This document shows positions 1 to 13,440 of a stretch of 64,000 nt of DNA, piece after piece. Every line of letters starts with the position of its first letter. Position 1 is the first letter of the stretch. The stretch comes from Carcharhinus longimanus. Taxonomy: Eukaryota. Under the pieces are notes generated by a model. The model saw nothing but the letters and a program-made list of their open reading frames with translations, did not search any database and was not told where the DNA came from. The position numbers were made by a program, and so were the translations under genes. The stretch lies in NCBI GenBank assembly GCA_030264375.1, contig JASCQW010000119.1:8305190-8369189 (forward strand), read 5' to 3'.

Positions 1-29
1 AGAATTTGAAGATACTGCTTAGTCTGATC

Positions 30-290
30 AGGAAAGTGATGAGGAGAAATTTCCGAGATAGTGATTAGCCATTTGCGTTTAGGATACAGGGCGTACTTGA
101 GGCCAAAGCATTGGAGAATTCAATGAACTGTGAGATATGACACTTGAGGCGAAAGGGATCTCAATACATAGATGTAAATTTGGATCATCCTATTGATTTT
201 GATGATCAGTCATGATCATAATTCTTTTCAAAGTTGGATTGAAGGGTTGAATTGTTCGCAACTGTTTTTATTTTTCAATATTTCTATATT
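30..290 (+). mobile_element. Decayed CR1/HER1 LINE 3' end
   Basis: gatgaggagaaatttc...gaggccaaagcattg...gatgatcagtcatgatcata...gaagggttgaa...tttctat, matching the elasmobranch CR1 3' UTR pattern as recalled. Confidence 0.7.
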
Positions 291-599
291 GATTATATTG
301 TCCGTCAAATGTTATCCTGACCAATGGTTTGACTTAAATCATTTTTATAGAAGCATATCCTGTTGAATATAAAAGAGAATAAATGTATACAGTCGTGATA
401 GCATAGTTAAAGTCCATGATATGTTATTCCTGTGGCATGTGACATCTCGAGGAAGATTCTTTTCCTTGTAACCTCGGGTACGTAAAGTGTGCCCAACTGC
501 ACCTTCAAGCAAACTGCATTGCGTGTCGGACTTGAAATTGATTTTTTTTTTGCGTGCAGCATCCACAATCGCTTACAAGATGTGGATAGCACTATAGTT

Positions 600-2935
600 A
601 CTCCGCAGTTGTATATAACAGATAGTGCGGGAAAATGCCACCACGGGGCAGATTAGAATATGGGACGTAGCGCAAGTGCCCACTATGGCAATCCTACTTT
701 TTAACAGCTGTAACATTAGTAGACATTGCATGGAACAATGACGATGCATTTGGAAAGCGGTAAGAACCAACAACATGAGAACACAACCAATCCCGCTGCA
801 CAAGTGTGGAGCAGGATAAACGGCAGGTCTGCAGCGGCAACTGATTCATTTGTATAGGGAACAGGCGTGTATTACTGCGCTGAAAAATATGCTTCACAAT
901 GTTGCCTTCCTTCACGTTGGCATTGCCACTGCTGTCAGTGAATGTGTTCAGGTCATACTGATGAGCAGGTAAATATCAAATATCTGTCGCATATTGACGC
1001 TGAAGATTTTGGTTAAAAAATAACGGACGAGATTCTGCAAGTAATATTTAGGGAGCTAAGAAGCAGATACGACAAGACGTAGAGGTAGGAATCTCTGGAT
1101 TTCTCCTGGTGTGATGTTTTTTCGGAGATTGGATCATTTATGAGGCACAAAGTTTGCAGCTAACCTCAAACAGGATCAACTTCCTTGTAGGGAAATTGGC
1201 TAGCTAGTTTATTTGGGAGGCATCAAGCAAAGTTTTATCTGGGCATAGGGGAGAGTGGTGGGGAAGGGGGTGGGGGGGGTGGCGGGGGGCTGGGGTAAGT
1301 GTTGAAACTGAGCGAAAGACCATCTGGGGAGGAGCACAAGCAGTCTTAGAATAGTCAACAAATGTCCAGCAAGGCATCCAAGTTTAAGATCAGTTAAGGA
1401 AAAAGTGCGTGTCAGAAGTTTGGATGGTAATTCGTTTAATGCAAATAATCTGATGGAATTGACTAATCAGTTCAGGTCACAAGATCAAAATCAAAGGTGT
1501 GCATGACGTAATTGTTGTCACGTTGACTTTGGTGTGAGATAGTAGGATTTTCCGGACTTTATTCTGTGATGTAGGAGTTTAACAAACACAGCGAAGGGTC
1601 TAAAACAGGATGGTGTGTTGTAGCTCTTTACAAAGAGTCTATTACAGCAGGAGGAATGATGGACACTTTAGTCGGCATTTCAAATTATATGAAAGGAGAA
1701 GATCTTAAAAAACAAATCAAGTGCATACACTTAGCTTGGAGTCGTCTGTAGGTCCCTAAATATCCTGAAAGAAATAGAAGAACAGATGTGTGGACAGATC
1801 TCAGAGCAATATAAATGTATTAATGTCGTGAAATAGGGGGACTCAAACTTCGTCAATATTAACTGCGCTGGTCATGGCATAAACGCCTTAGTATTACTAG
1901 AATATTTACTATGTATTAATAGCATTTCTTCTTAGAAGGTACTTTGAAAGTTCGACAAGAGAGGGGCGGTTCTCAACTGAAATTCATGTACTGAGGCAAG
2001 ACGATCAGTTAAACGCTCAATGAGACGGTATTCTCAGACAGCCATCATGAAGCTGGTAGATTGAGGATGCTCGTGAAAAAATGAACAATCTGGCCACGAA
2101 ACAAATGTTTTATCTGGGGGAAGGCCTCATTGCACCAAATCATGTCAATTGACCGGAGTTGACTGGCAAGAGAATACTATACCTGTATAACTGAGAGAAG
2201 AGCAAGGACAATTCAAGAAGGAATTAGGGACCGTCCAGTGCAAAATTGCTATCATAAATAAATGAAATGTGTTACCTGTAAATTCTCCCAACTGTGGATA
2301 TCGATGGATATACAACGTTGAGCGAGACCGTTGAGCGTATGGATACAACTGCTGTCGAGGGTTCAAAAAAGTTGAAGTCAATCGCCAATGCAGTACGTGG
2401 ACGACAAACTTGAACGGAGCATTAGGAGAGCAAAAGGTGCACATGAAGGAAAACTGGGTAATTATTAATTGATGAATTGGGGCAAGTCAAAAAAGTCAGT
2501 GAAATTCATGATGAATAGCAGTAATGTTGTAAGGACCGAGTAGTAGAGACAGGATTGTTCATATGCACCGGTCACACTAGCAAGAAGGCAGGGAAAGCAT
2601 AGATTTAGAGGGCATATCCTATATTTGTCGGTGTTCGCCATGGCATTGAGATTGAAAACAGTGAGTTAGTGCTAATTGTCTATTGCAAATGAATAACGAT
2701 ACCGGGGGATGATCAGATAGAGTTCTGGAAATCACATTACAGGAGAGATGCGATCGTGCTGGAAAGGTCACAAATGAATTTTGCTTGGATGTTACCGGCA
2801 TGAAGGATTGACATTGTGTAAAGTCAGATAGTTTTTATTTCAGCAGGGGAGATGGAGCGGGGGGCATGATTCAGAGGTATGGAATCATGAGTGGCGTGGA
2901 TAGAGCAGAAAGCAAGAAAGTTATCTCCATGCAAG
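600..2935 (+). mobile_element. Old CR1 LINE: ORF1 esterase remnant, ORF2 endonuclease, internal deletion, then RT C-terminus
   Basis: tttagggagcta...aatctctggatt (ORF1); FNA.. / KxGGGVAL-like / GDxNF-like segments at 1430-1870; ttctggaaatcacattacaggagagatg...ctggaaagg (FWSPHYRKD..LERVQ-like) at about 2720-2800; boundaries approximate. Confidence 0.7.
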
Positions 2936-2959
2936 ACGATCATAATGATGTGTAAACGT

Positions 2960-3612
2960 CTCTCCATGGTCGGCGACGTCGGGTCTGTGCCCAGTTTCTC
3001 GCGTCCTGTTATACTAATGGCACCGGAAATACGGGGGGATGAAACTCACGCACAAAAAAGTACAAAACGCCGATCTTAAACTTTAAATGTGTTTTAAAAT
3101 TAGTTCTGACCCCAAAGAAACATTGTTTGAGCTCAGTTGTCGGCATGCCTTTGCCGGGAAAAACTATTCTCTGGCGATGATTACGTTTGGCACCCTGGAA
3201 ATTTGGCACTGACAACCTGGCTTCCTGGCAGTGCCCAGATAGCATTGGGGGCAGTACCAACTGGGCAATGACTTAGTGTGAAGAGGACCAGGGCCAGGCC
3301 GTTATATGAGAGGGTTGGGGCGGGGGGGGGGGGGGGCGCAACCAAAGTTGCCATTATGCAAAATTGAAAAAAGAAGGNNNNNNNNNNNNNNNNNNNNNNN
3401 NNNNNNNNNNNNNNNNNNNNNNNNNNNNNNNNNNNNNNNNNNNNNNNNNNNNNNNNNNNNNNNNNNNNNNNNNNNNNGGTAGGGGGACTTTCAGCCAGGA
3501 ACGCCCCATGCAGCTCGATGAGGCAGTGGCACATTGCAACTGCGTACACTGCTGCTATCAGCGGGCTTTTGGGCCCTTTAGCCCCGGCGTACTCATCCTG
3601 CTGGTGAATTTC
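2960..3612. mobile_element. GC-rich non-autonomous DNA element (Harbinger-type MITE-like), spans a gap
   Basis: Abrupt GC/CpG-rich block with ggcaccctgg/ggcagtgccc motifs; family call from recall only. Confidence 0.4.
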
Positions 3613-4444
3613 ATATGTTGCCACAACTTATTTATTTAAATGCTTCGGTAAGATGTTATTATTAGTTCGTCCGAAATATTCCCTCAAACTTCCCCAATGT
3701 TCACCCTCCTTTGCCAATTCGATTTTTTTTTTTGATAAGATCAATTCAAATTTGTGAGTGGAGAAGTCACCAATGACACTTCTCTGAATAGAATCATGAC
3801 AAGTGCTGCTTCTTCAGACATTACTGATAGTTTCCAACAGGGCCCACTTGATTGCACTCAGTAATAACAGTCAATACAAATATTCTATGCTGGTTCTGAA
3901 GAAATTCAGACAGTTGCTGTGTATCCTATCTAAAGCACACCAACATTTTGCCTGTTAACACAAGTTTATATTTATGTTACTACAGAATTTGACGGCCTGC
4001 AAGAAAAGTATCGTGCATACTGAATCATTCAGCAGTTTTCATGACTTGATGTTTTTTTTTCAATGTTTTCAGTTAGATACCAATTACAGATTTAGAGTTG
4101 ATACGCGATCAGACATGGGCCTCTATTATGTTCAATTGTCACATCCGAAAAAAAAAAACAATATTTATGCATTCTCAGTAAGGTAATGCCAATAAGAAAC
4201 GATAGTTGCGAGTGGATGTTTGATGGAATCCTACTTAGTGGAAATATTGCTATCACAGGAGAAAATGTGTGCTATTGCTAGAGGTTGAGTAATTTATTAA
4301 TGGCACATTGTCGCAGCGATCATCGTGTCAGTGTGTAGTGCTGAACGATCGTATGATGATACTTGTTCCATCAGAATTTCCGAATTCCATGTTCCACCTT
4401 GTTCATTGTTTCTCAATAAAACATGCAGATGTTGCTTACATGCG

Positions 4445-4580
4445 TTGATTAGCATCGATGCCTCACCAGCCCAGGATCGATCCCAGCGTGGGGCACTCTC
4501 ACTGTGTGGAGCTTGCGCCTTCTGTCCCTGCCGCATGGGTGTGATCCATAGGCCAACGATGTGCAATTTTGGTTCATTAG
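4445..4580 (+). mobile_element. HE1-like tRNA-derived SINE fragment
   Basis: ttagcatcgatgcctcac...gatcccagc...ctgtgtggagcttgcgccttct...gcatgggt. Confidence 0.6.
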
Positions 4581-7500
4581 CCTCGTGAATCGCACATTAG
4601 TGGCCCAAAATATGTCGGTTTGTGTGAATTTTGGAGGACATATGTGTGGTTATCGCTGAGGGCGTGGATAACATGCTGCCTCAGAGTTTTGGTCCAGTCT
4701 CCCTGGGCCATATGAGCGACTTCTGCCTTGTTGAAGTTCTATAAAATAATTGTACAACACACATTCTGGGGCGATATTTAGTACATTACATGAGAGTAGA
4801 CTTATCGCCTGATGTCACCATCTACAAGACTGCATTTATGCACTGCACCAGTATGTTTACTGGCATTTCCAGTTTATTTTTTTATAGTTACATATATGAG
4901 TGCATGCTATGAACAGAACTTGACCAATTATCTAAACAAGCAGGATGCAACAGCCAATTGGCGGACAATGCATTTTGTGGTGGTACAACTCTTTCACTTC
5001 ACAAATGTTATCAATTTCAGAAATGTGGTGTATAAGTTAAAATTATCACTGGATTGTGTCAAATTGCATAACTGAATGCAACATCAAGAGCAATTCAACT
5101 TTCACTCCTTCAAGAGTAAAATAAATCATGAGCTTGAAGCGCGCCCACTCTGAATAATTACTGATTGCAATGTCAACCACTGCAGAGCCATGCCATCATG
5201 AATACTTCCTGTATGATTTTTTGAAAACGAATTGCGCATATAGCATTTCCAGGTCATGACGTCCATATATCAGATGCACTGCCACGCATCCAAAGGAACG
5301 CTCCACAGCAAATATAGCAAAATCTTAGATTTACAGTATCCGATGTGACATGGTCAATGTTGGCAAGTGCAATTTTTTTGGAATTCGACGACTAACATTT
5401 CTCTGAGATATCTGTTAATTTGCTTCAGAGGGTTTTTTTTACAGGAGTATATGTGCATTTGTTATTGCTCAGACAATACAAGGGCTGAGGGTTTCCTTCA
5501 TAAAACTAAACTGATGAAAATAGTATACAGAATTCGCTGGGTATTATGATTTTTTAAAAAAAAAACGAGACAATAATTTAAAATCATGATTGTTGCATTC
5601 ATTTCTTGTTCTACCAGCTGTCTTGCGTGAACTCAATGACAATCAAACTACTGATGTTAAGGCTGCAGCATTGTCTGCTCCTTACCATATTGGATGGAGA
5701 CTGGCTACTGGTAAAACTTTAACTTTCCTCTGTCCAAACAGCGTGAACAACGTGTTTTACGCTGATATGCCTACATTAAATGCATGCCCCAGGAACAGAC
5801 AAACAAATCCTGTTGAATTTCAATCTTCTCAGTAAAATACCAAGGGAATTTGTTTCTTTTTTTCTTTCCGGCTGGAGACGCATTCTGATAATCTGGAATC
5901 TGGAACTAGAATATGATTCATTTACTAATCAAGGTCATTTTTTTTTTCGTAATCAGTGACAGGGAGAAACAGTCAGTCGGACACTGATCGATAATTTCCG
6001 CGATTGCCTTTAAATGACCACATGCGTTGAAAAAGGAAATGTTGCTGTCTCATGACATCACTATTCAGCCAATTGTATCAAGGATTGGAATACAACATTT
6101 GCTGTTGCACCAGCAGAAGCACGTCATGATGAATAGTGCATTTTAAACATTAACGTAGGTAAATAGATTAGCAAAATTAATTCGAGAGATGTTTGATTGC
6201 ATGAATTAAACACGGGAAGGTGTTTGGATCGATGTGACATTTTTGAAGGTTTTAGGTTCTGGATATGGAATGGATATTTTTCGCATTTTGTCTTTGATTA
6301 GACGCGATGTGGATGGAACAACAGGCATGTTGTTTGTATAATGGCGTCTTTGCGAGCTGTTTTATATTGATAGCCAGGTGTGACATTCAGATAGATGGCA
6401 GAAGTAGAAATGTTTGAGTGGGAAGTGGATTTATTGAATTTTACTACTAATCAGGTAATCAGCCAAGGGCTTCATGCGATGGCGCATTGTCAGCACTTGC
6501 GAGGAGCTAATTGATTATATGTCAGACTTATGCTCTCAGCTGCTGTAAGCAAAATATTTACAGAAATGTGTCAGTGAGTTCGGCAGTAGCATGAGGCTAG
6601 TTTGGAAAATATCTGGTCTAATAATTATTGGGTAACTGTTCAGGCATGGAATTGCCGACCTGCAATATAAGAATTTCGTCTTGCAGAGAGAGAGAAAAAA
6701 ATCTTTTTGTTTTACTGTGTATGGTAGTCGGGCAAATACCCCGCGGCAGTAGGCACGTTACAGTCACTTCCAATAAAGTTCTGAAGACATTGCATGTTAC
6801 TTTGCTACAGTGTACCTTTCAGTGCTAAATGAGGTAGCACTGGTGACATCATAATTCAGTGGCACAAACTGTACTTCAGGGATTGAATTGAACCATGTGA
6901 GACTGCAGTGGAAATATGAGATTAGAACAGAAAATCGCGCAGATCATGTTGTTTCAGTCCGACTGCAGTCTATTAAATGCCCCAGTACAGAATAATACTC
7001 TGGATGGTGGGACTTTCTGGAGACAGCATATTACATCAGAAATAAACATTCCTGTTAATATTTTAACAACTGGTGCGCCCCAATATCAATTCAACAATAT
7101 AGCGTGCTGACGGGTCTTCAGGGTCGGATAGAAAGCGCCAGACAAACAGCCAGCTCCCAAAAAAAATAATTAACTTATTGTCAGTATAATTTAATGATTA
7201 TGATTTTTCACTGTGTTCTGAGGCACAAATAAGATTGACCATTGTATCTCGCCAGTCGGGATATATGATTCATCTGGCCCAAAAATCTGCTAAGGCCTGT
7301 CAACGTTTTTGCATCATTATTGTTGGCCAGAAAAGATGATCTTCGACATCTCCCCAGTGTTATATAATGCTTGAGCTTGTAACCAAGATCCTTCACGTTA
7401 CCTACGGCGCAATGATTTTTTTTTGTTTTAAGATCCATTTGCCCTAATAATCAGATAAAATAGACCTGATTCTAGAGGTGTGGAATGTTATATCGTTGCC

Positions 7501-7665
7501 ATGTACTTCTGGTCCACATTCGGATCGCACTCGTATTCAAAACCCGGAGGCTCAAGCCTTGCTCAACTTTTATGAAATCTATTGATGGAATTGTTCTCAG
7601 ACGGCAACACTAAGTCAGTATACCACCAGATACATTCAACTCTCTGTTGTTCTGCCAGTATTCAG

Positions 7666-7701
7666 CTAAAAAAAATCTTAGGGAAATATACGCAAATGAA
7701 A
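7666..7701 (+). CDS. Micro-exon E1 (36 nt, phase 1-1) of unidentified coiled-coil gene; xKKNLREIYANE
   Basis: ctgccagtattcag|CTAAAAAAAATCTTAGGGAAATATACGCAAATGAAA|gtaagt; open in phase 1, same size class as the other exons. Confidence 0.65.
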
Positions 7702-7989
7702 GTAAGTATTTTTGAAAAAAAAACCTTGACCATATGTTTCGAACATTCTCTATCACTGAAAAAAGAAATAATTCTCAGAATTGCATATGTTTGGGTATTT
7801 GTGAGTGAATTCTCCTCGATAGTACATGCCGGAAGAAGAACGCCCATATCACCTGTTAAATGCAAGTACAATGCTTGCAAGGCTAATGTAGATATATATG
7901 TGCTCTTCCAGAACTAAATTCAACGTCTAGCATACATTATTCGCTTCGTGATTTGTTTATAAATTTCTGATTTGAACAAATGACGAGAA

Positions 7990-8330
7990 ACACCGAAAGG
8001 AAAGAGAAACGTTTCGTCCTCATCCGTTCATATCCACGTGTAATTAATTCACAACACAAAATGGCCAACGCCGGTTTGCTTGCAAAATGGTACACTGTCA
8101 TAGCAATTTCCCAGCGATCACCTTTTGGAAGGCTGCAAGGAATGTGGGTACCATTTGAAAGGAAGGATGAGTTGGTCTTGGAAACAGTCGAGCGGAGGTA
8201 CAGACGAGTGACACGCACGTGAAAGGCTTGACGTTTTTTGGAGTATTTGAGGACCCTGCGTCTTTTCGACGGAGTTTAATAGAAAATGGCGGTTATAGTG
8301 GAAATCTCATTTATATTTACATAATACTGA
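7990..8330 (+). mobile_element. CR1 RT C-terminal fragment
   Basis: ORF 7980-8222 has MWVPFERKDELVLETVERRYRRV, similar to FWSPYLRKDILALERVQRRFTR. Confidence 0.65.
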
Positions 8331-8388
8331 AAGACCTTAGTGTGCATGCAATGGCCTGGAAAATTTGCCTGCATTGTAAAGATGGACA

Positions 8389-9845
8389 AACTCGAATGAT
8401 ACACGGAATGTGGGAGGAATCTCGAGGAAACGCATGCAGACACGATAGAGAACGCGGAGACGCAACACAGTGACACAGCCTGGGTAATCATACCAAGATT
8501 TCTGGCGCAATGTGGCAGCAGTGCACCCACTGNNNNNNNNNNNNNNNNNNNNNNNNNNNNNNNNNNNNNNNNNNNNNNNNNNNNNNNNNNNNNNNNNNNN
8601 NNNNNNNNNNNNNNNNNNNNNNNNNNNNNNNNATTGATTTGCCCCTGCGTTTGACACTGTGCATTCGGATCATAGTTTTTTTTTCGACGAATCGATGTAC
8701 GTTCCCAAATCATCTAGTCTACTGACGAGCTGAATGAAATCAGGAACGAAAATCGACATGAGGAAATTGATGGAATGAAAGCTGGATAAATATCCATGTC
8801 CTGAAAGTCTTCACTCCGCGTATCTGAGGAATCCGTCATGGGGAAATAAAAAGTAGCTCCATTCGTGTCTAAAATACAAGTTCTGTTCCAAAATTATACA
8901 CATATAAACTTAGAGACTTTAACTCCAGTCCAGCAAGAGTTATTGATAGTTGGTTAGATTAATTTTAATGTGACCTCACTGTTGTTAATTTGGAAGGTTC
9001 TGCGGATAACCTGTGCACAGGAAGATCCAAAGCACCATGACAATTTCAAAATTCAGTTCTGAATATTTGATTTTTTTTTTCCTGTTTGTGTTTCTGATTG
9101 TTAGTGTTGCAATGTTCAAACTGAACTGAAATCTTGATCAGACAGTGTGATTCCTCAAGCAGCAATGTTATGGAATGCCCCGTCAGGCCCTTGCAGAAAG
9201 GTTCAATTCATTTCCTCAGTCCATTTTTTAACGTTTGAGGTTCTTCCATTCAAGTGAGGTGTACCCAATTTGCAGTCCATATGATATTTTAGACACGATT
9301 GGAGCTATTTTTTCCCCCATGACCGATTCCTCAACTACGCGGATTGAAGACTTTCAGGACATGGATATTTATCCAGCTTTCATTCCATCAATTTCCTCAT
9401 GACGATTTTCGTTCGTGATTTCATTCAGCTCGTCAATAACTGGATGATTTGGGAACGTACTTCGATTCGTCGAAAAAAAAACTATGATCCGAATGCACAG
9501 TGTCAAACGAAGGGGCAAATCAATTGGAGAACACACAATGAAGAGTTTCCTCAGCCAGACGGTGGCGAATCTTTGAAATTCATTGCCATAGAAGGCTATT
9601 TGGACCTAGTATTTGAGCGTAGTTAAGATGGAGAACGATTGGTTCTCGACTGGTGAAGATAAAGATCAAATGTGACGAGCAGAAGTCAAAACAATGAAAC
9701 TGTGAATGGCACAGTGGGTGCACTGCTGCCACATTGCGCCAGAAATCTTGGTATGATTACCCAGGCTGTGTCACTGTGTTGCGTCTCCACGTTCTCTATC
9801 GTGTTTTCTCGAGATTCCTCCCACATTCCGTGTATCATTCGAGTT
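8389..9845. repeat. Inverted duplication: arms 8389-8876 (with gap) and 9285-9845, about 410 bp spacer
   Basis: Near-identical reverse-complement sequence; ORF track gives the same peptide MIWERTSIRRKKNYDPNAQCQT on opposite strands. Confidence 0.92.
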
Positions 9846-10304
9846 CGGTTCTTTGGACGTTCCATACTTTGAATGTACCCAAACAGGCGCTGAGGTCTGT
9901 TGATTGCGTTTTATTTTTCTGACTGTAATTAAATTGTAGTGTTAACATAAGCATACTGCTGACTAATAAATAAATCTTAATTTTATTTCACCACTTAGTA
10001 TTGAGTAGCGGCACAGACTCGGTCGACAGACTTGCCAAATTCTGTTCCAAGGCTCATATGATTGTGTTGCCGCTGGACCGGAGATTTTCCACTGAGTGTT
10101 GCAATTTATAGTGGAACGATTCAAATTAATATATGTTGCGCTTCTATCCGAACTTTTAAATATAAGGAGGATGGGCAATAATTGCTTATGTCGCCAGCGG
10201 CTCAACTATTTCAATGGAAAATAAGAAAATCTGGTGTTAATGCTAACTGTGAGTGCGCCACTGGAATTAAGATTTGGATTCTACATGTTGACCTCATCTC
10301 GCAG

Positions 10305-10331
10305 AAAATGAACTCAATCAAAAATCTGAAG
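10305..10331 (+). CDS. Micro-exon E2 (27 nt); KNELNQKSE
   Basis: acctcatctcgcag|AAAATGAACTCAATCAAAAATCTGAAG|gtatga. Confidence 0.7.
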
Positions 10332-10484
10332 GTATGATAGATATGTTGTTGTCAACCAAATGCTGATTTTTGCGTATACTATATCTATGTTTTCTTTCAT
10401 TTGGCCTACGTCGTGAGAAAACTGATTTGACTGATTCTTTTTTAACATCTTGGAACACTGCATCGAATCCTTGAAGACACCAGA

Positions 10485-10600
10485 GATCTCTAGCACCGCC
10501 GGCAGTGCACCCACACCCGAGGTTCCCTGCCGGCATGTGGTGACATCAAACGAAATTCTGATGCACAGCGGGCGGACCAGAGAATCCCGCCTGTAGCAAA
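10485..10600. mobile_element. Short GC-rich MITE-like fragment
   Basis: cgccggcagtgcaccc...cagcgggcggaccagagaatcccgcc in an AT-rich background. Confidence 0.4.
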
Positions 10601-11114
10601 CAAGTCAGCACATTGCGCCAGCGGGAAGCACTCAGTCAGAAGTTGCAAGAATCGCAATCATATCATTGTTGTCTTTTCTCACATCATTATCTTGTGCAAA
10701 ATCGCCAGACTGCCAGAAATAATTGGCAAGTTTGAGACAAATAATCACTCTCGTAGAGTTCAGAACTCAGACTGGGGTTTAAAAAAAAAAGGCAACGTGA
10801 CATATCTGACCTTTCATATTAATGGACAATATCAAACACTATTTTTTTTGCAGTTTTTCGGAGCGTGTGCAAATACAAAGTCGCTGCTGCATTTCCAAAA
10901 AAGAAAACATCAACTGTATTTTTAATTATAGCTGGCATACGTTGGGATGTCGAGAGATTATATTGGGACCATCAAATTTCAACACAAACTAACAATTGCG
11001 AATATGAATATGAAAGTATTGAAGTTGTTAGTTTTGAGGAACAATGATGATAGAAGTCACGATGAGGAGAAATCACTGAAGGAGCAAATGTCGATTCAGA
11101 TATTTGTGTTTCAG

Positions 11115-11150
11115 AAATGGAAAACTTGAAAGACAAAGTCAACGAACTTG
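11115..11150 (+). CDS. Micro-exon E3 (36 nt); EMENLKDKVNEL
   Basis: tatttgtgtttcag|AAATGGAAAACTTGAAAGACAAAGTCAACGAACTTG|gtgagc; heptad-like M..L...V..L. Confidence 0.8.
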
Positions 11151-13370
11151 GTGAGCAGGATATTAACGCAGAACGAACATAAAAATACAACAACAAAAAA
11201 AGAAGACTGCAGAGCTGGTTTATTTGACACATATCTTTTGACAACATCGGTTTTGTAAGCAGGGAAACATATGGCACCTAAATGAGCGTGCGCTTGTCAT
11301 TGCCATGGTAAGGTCATCGTTTACACCAATATTACGATTGTGATGTGATATCGCTGAATTGGCGACACCGTTGGCGTTGGAGACGAGTTATGGTGCTGCA
11401 TAAAGATTGAGATTGTCAATCAGACGTTTAGCTATGAAGTGAGACTCCACTCGATCCTGAGCCACATCAGAAACTCAAAAGTATCTTATGAAGACGGACT
11501 ACATCACAGCTACATTTGTCTTTGGTTTTATTGCGAGTAGAAGGCGTTTCACAAAGGCATGCTTCTATTGATCCAATGCAACGTTTTTTTTGTCAAAATA
11601 ATAGTTGCTTAACAATGTTTGAAACGTTCAGTAAAATAAAGACAATTCGCTGAACATCCCCGCATTGAAATGCTTTAACATGCCTCTGTTAGGTTTTTGC
11701 CGGCAAAGCAGTCAGAAAACAAAAGCGCTTATGTCTTAAATGCGTCTGTGAATCCGGCACACCCTTCAGCCTCCAGAAAACATTTGGATCGTGAAGCTTA
11801 TTTTAAAGCAATTTCCACACTATGAGATGCACATGGAGAGAGACATAGTCTGGTTTATATATATATATATGTATATATCGGTAACCCTATCTTAATCCGT
11901 CAGGTGACTGACTCGCGTCGATCAATTGCATTCAACGTTACCGTCAATCGCCAAGGAGAACCACCGCATCCGCACCATGAGCACAGATGAAAACAAACGT
12001 CTCAAGATGTAGGCTCAATGATTGTTATACATTCTCAGCTTGTCAGGAATGGAAAGACCAGCGTTGATTAAACAGGGAAGAACTTTAACATACCCTTGAG
12101 AAGAATATTGCCCTAAATAGATTCATTTAAAAAAGAACTCAACTCAGATATTCATCCTACATCAGATAACTGTCTTATAATAAATGCACGCCTGTGTGCA
12201 GCAGCATACAATATGGTTGCCCAGGCCAATAATTATCTCAGTAGAGTACAATCACGGACAGATTAAAGACCAAGATGTATACTTATTATTTATTTGTAGA
12301 ATGCTATTCTACACCATCTTACTGCTACACTCACCTAGCCCACAGAGAAAACATATTAGGCATTCTAATTATTCACAGTAACACATCGTGCTGGCATTGA
12401 AATTTCGAAATATGGCATTGAAATTGAAGTTTCGCATACAAATTGATACGTTTATTTTTACGTGACATATTCAGGAGAGTAAGCCATCAGTATTTGAGAC
12501 ACACACTTTCCCAAAGGATCTTTATGGAGTAAATGTGAACAGCGTATTTAATTGTGTAGAAAAATGAAATATTGTATAACACGGTTTGAAAAAAAAAGAT
12601 ATTCATTTAAAACTGTGATTAAAAGGTATTCATTCCTTTGAGCTGTTTGCGACGAAAATCCTAGTTTTCAAAATCTGACGTTGAAGGGAATTCAAACATT
12701 ATCATAAGTAAAGATATCATGCATGTTTGGAAGTGTGAGTATGAAATTCAAGTGGATAGTGCACAGTTAAGCTGAAATTCAGCTTATTGAATTGACTTAA
12801 ATTATTCATCATCGAAGTCACCTCGAAAAATACGCCGTGTGACCTTTTTTGTTTCCGCTTAATTTCTATGCGCTAACGAGATAGAAAATTTGCAGCCAAG
12901 TCTCCATATCGACTATAATAGTTGACAGTGAAGGCGACATCATGTGATTTCAAAATTCTCCCGAAAATGTCGTAATTTTGTGGCCCTTGAGAATTTAAAG
13001 CAGTGTTGGATATGAAATGTTTATGTGCCCATTTCCAATCTTAAAAAAAAAAGTATTTTGTACGTTATGATAGAAAAGCTGAGCAGTTAGTTGGGTCATT
13101 TTCCATTAAGGCCTGAAATTTGCAGTCCAGTAGGCAAATACAACAAACGTGGATGCATCCAGGCAAGGCAATTTTCTTGTTTTCGTTCGGAATAAGTATA
13201 ATTGACAAGGAACTGTTAGGTAAATACATCAGTCATTAGTGGCATTTCTTCAAAGGGTGTGACGGTATGCGTGTATTGACATTGAAACGCTAACAGTGCA
13301 ATTATGCCACAGCTTCAATCAACGCATATTTTCGTTCATAAATGTATTTTGTTTTTTTTCTGCATCACAG

Positions 13371-13385
13371 ACAAAACAGCAAAGC
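13371..13385 (+). CDS. Micro-exon E4 (15 nt); DKTAK
   Basis: long T tract...ctgcatcacag|ACAAAACAGCAAAGC|gtaagt. Confidence 0.7.
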
Positions 13386-13440
13386 GTAAGTCGTTGGTGT
13401 GGCATTTTGCTTCCTGAAATTAAGAGACAATTGATGGTAA

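Noticed and set aside
7780-7800. tctcag|aattgcatatgtttgggtattt|gtgagt as a micro-exon
   Set aside because: About 22 nt, not a multiple of 3, and the composition does not match the array.
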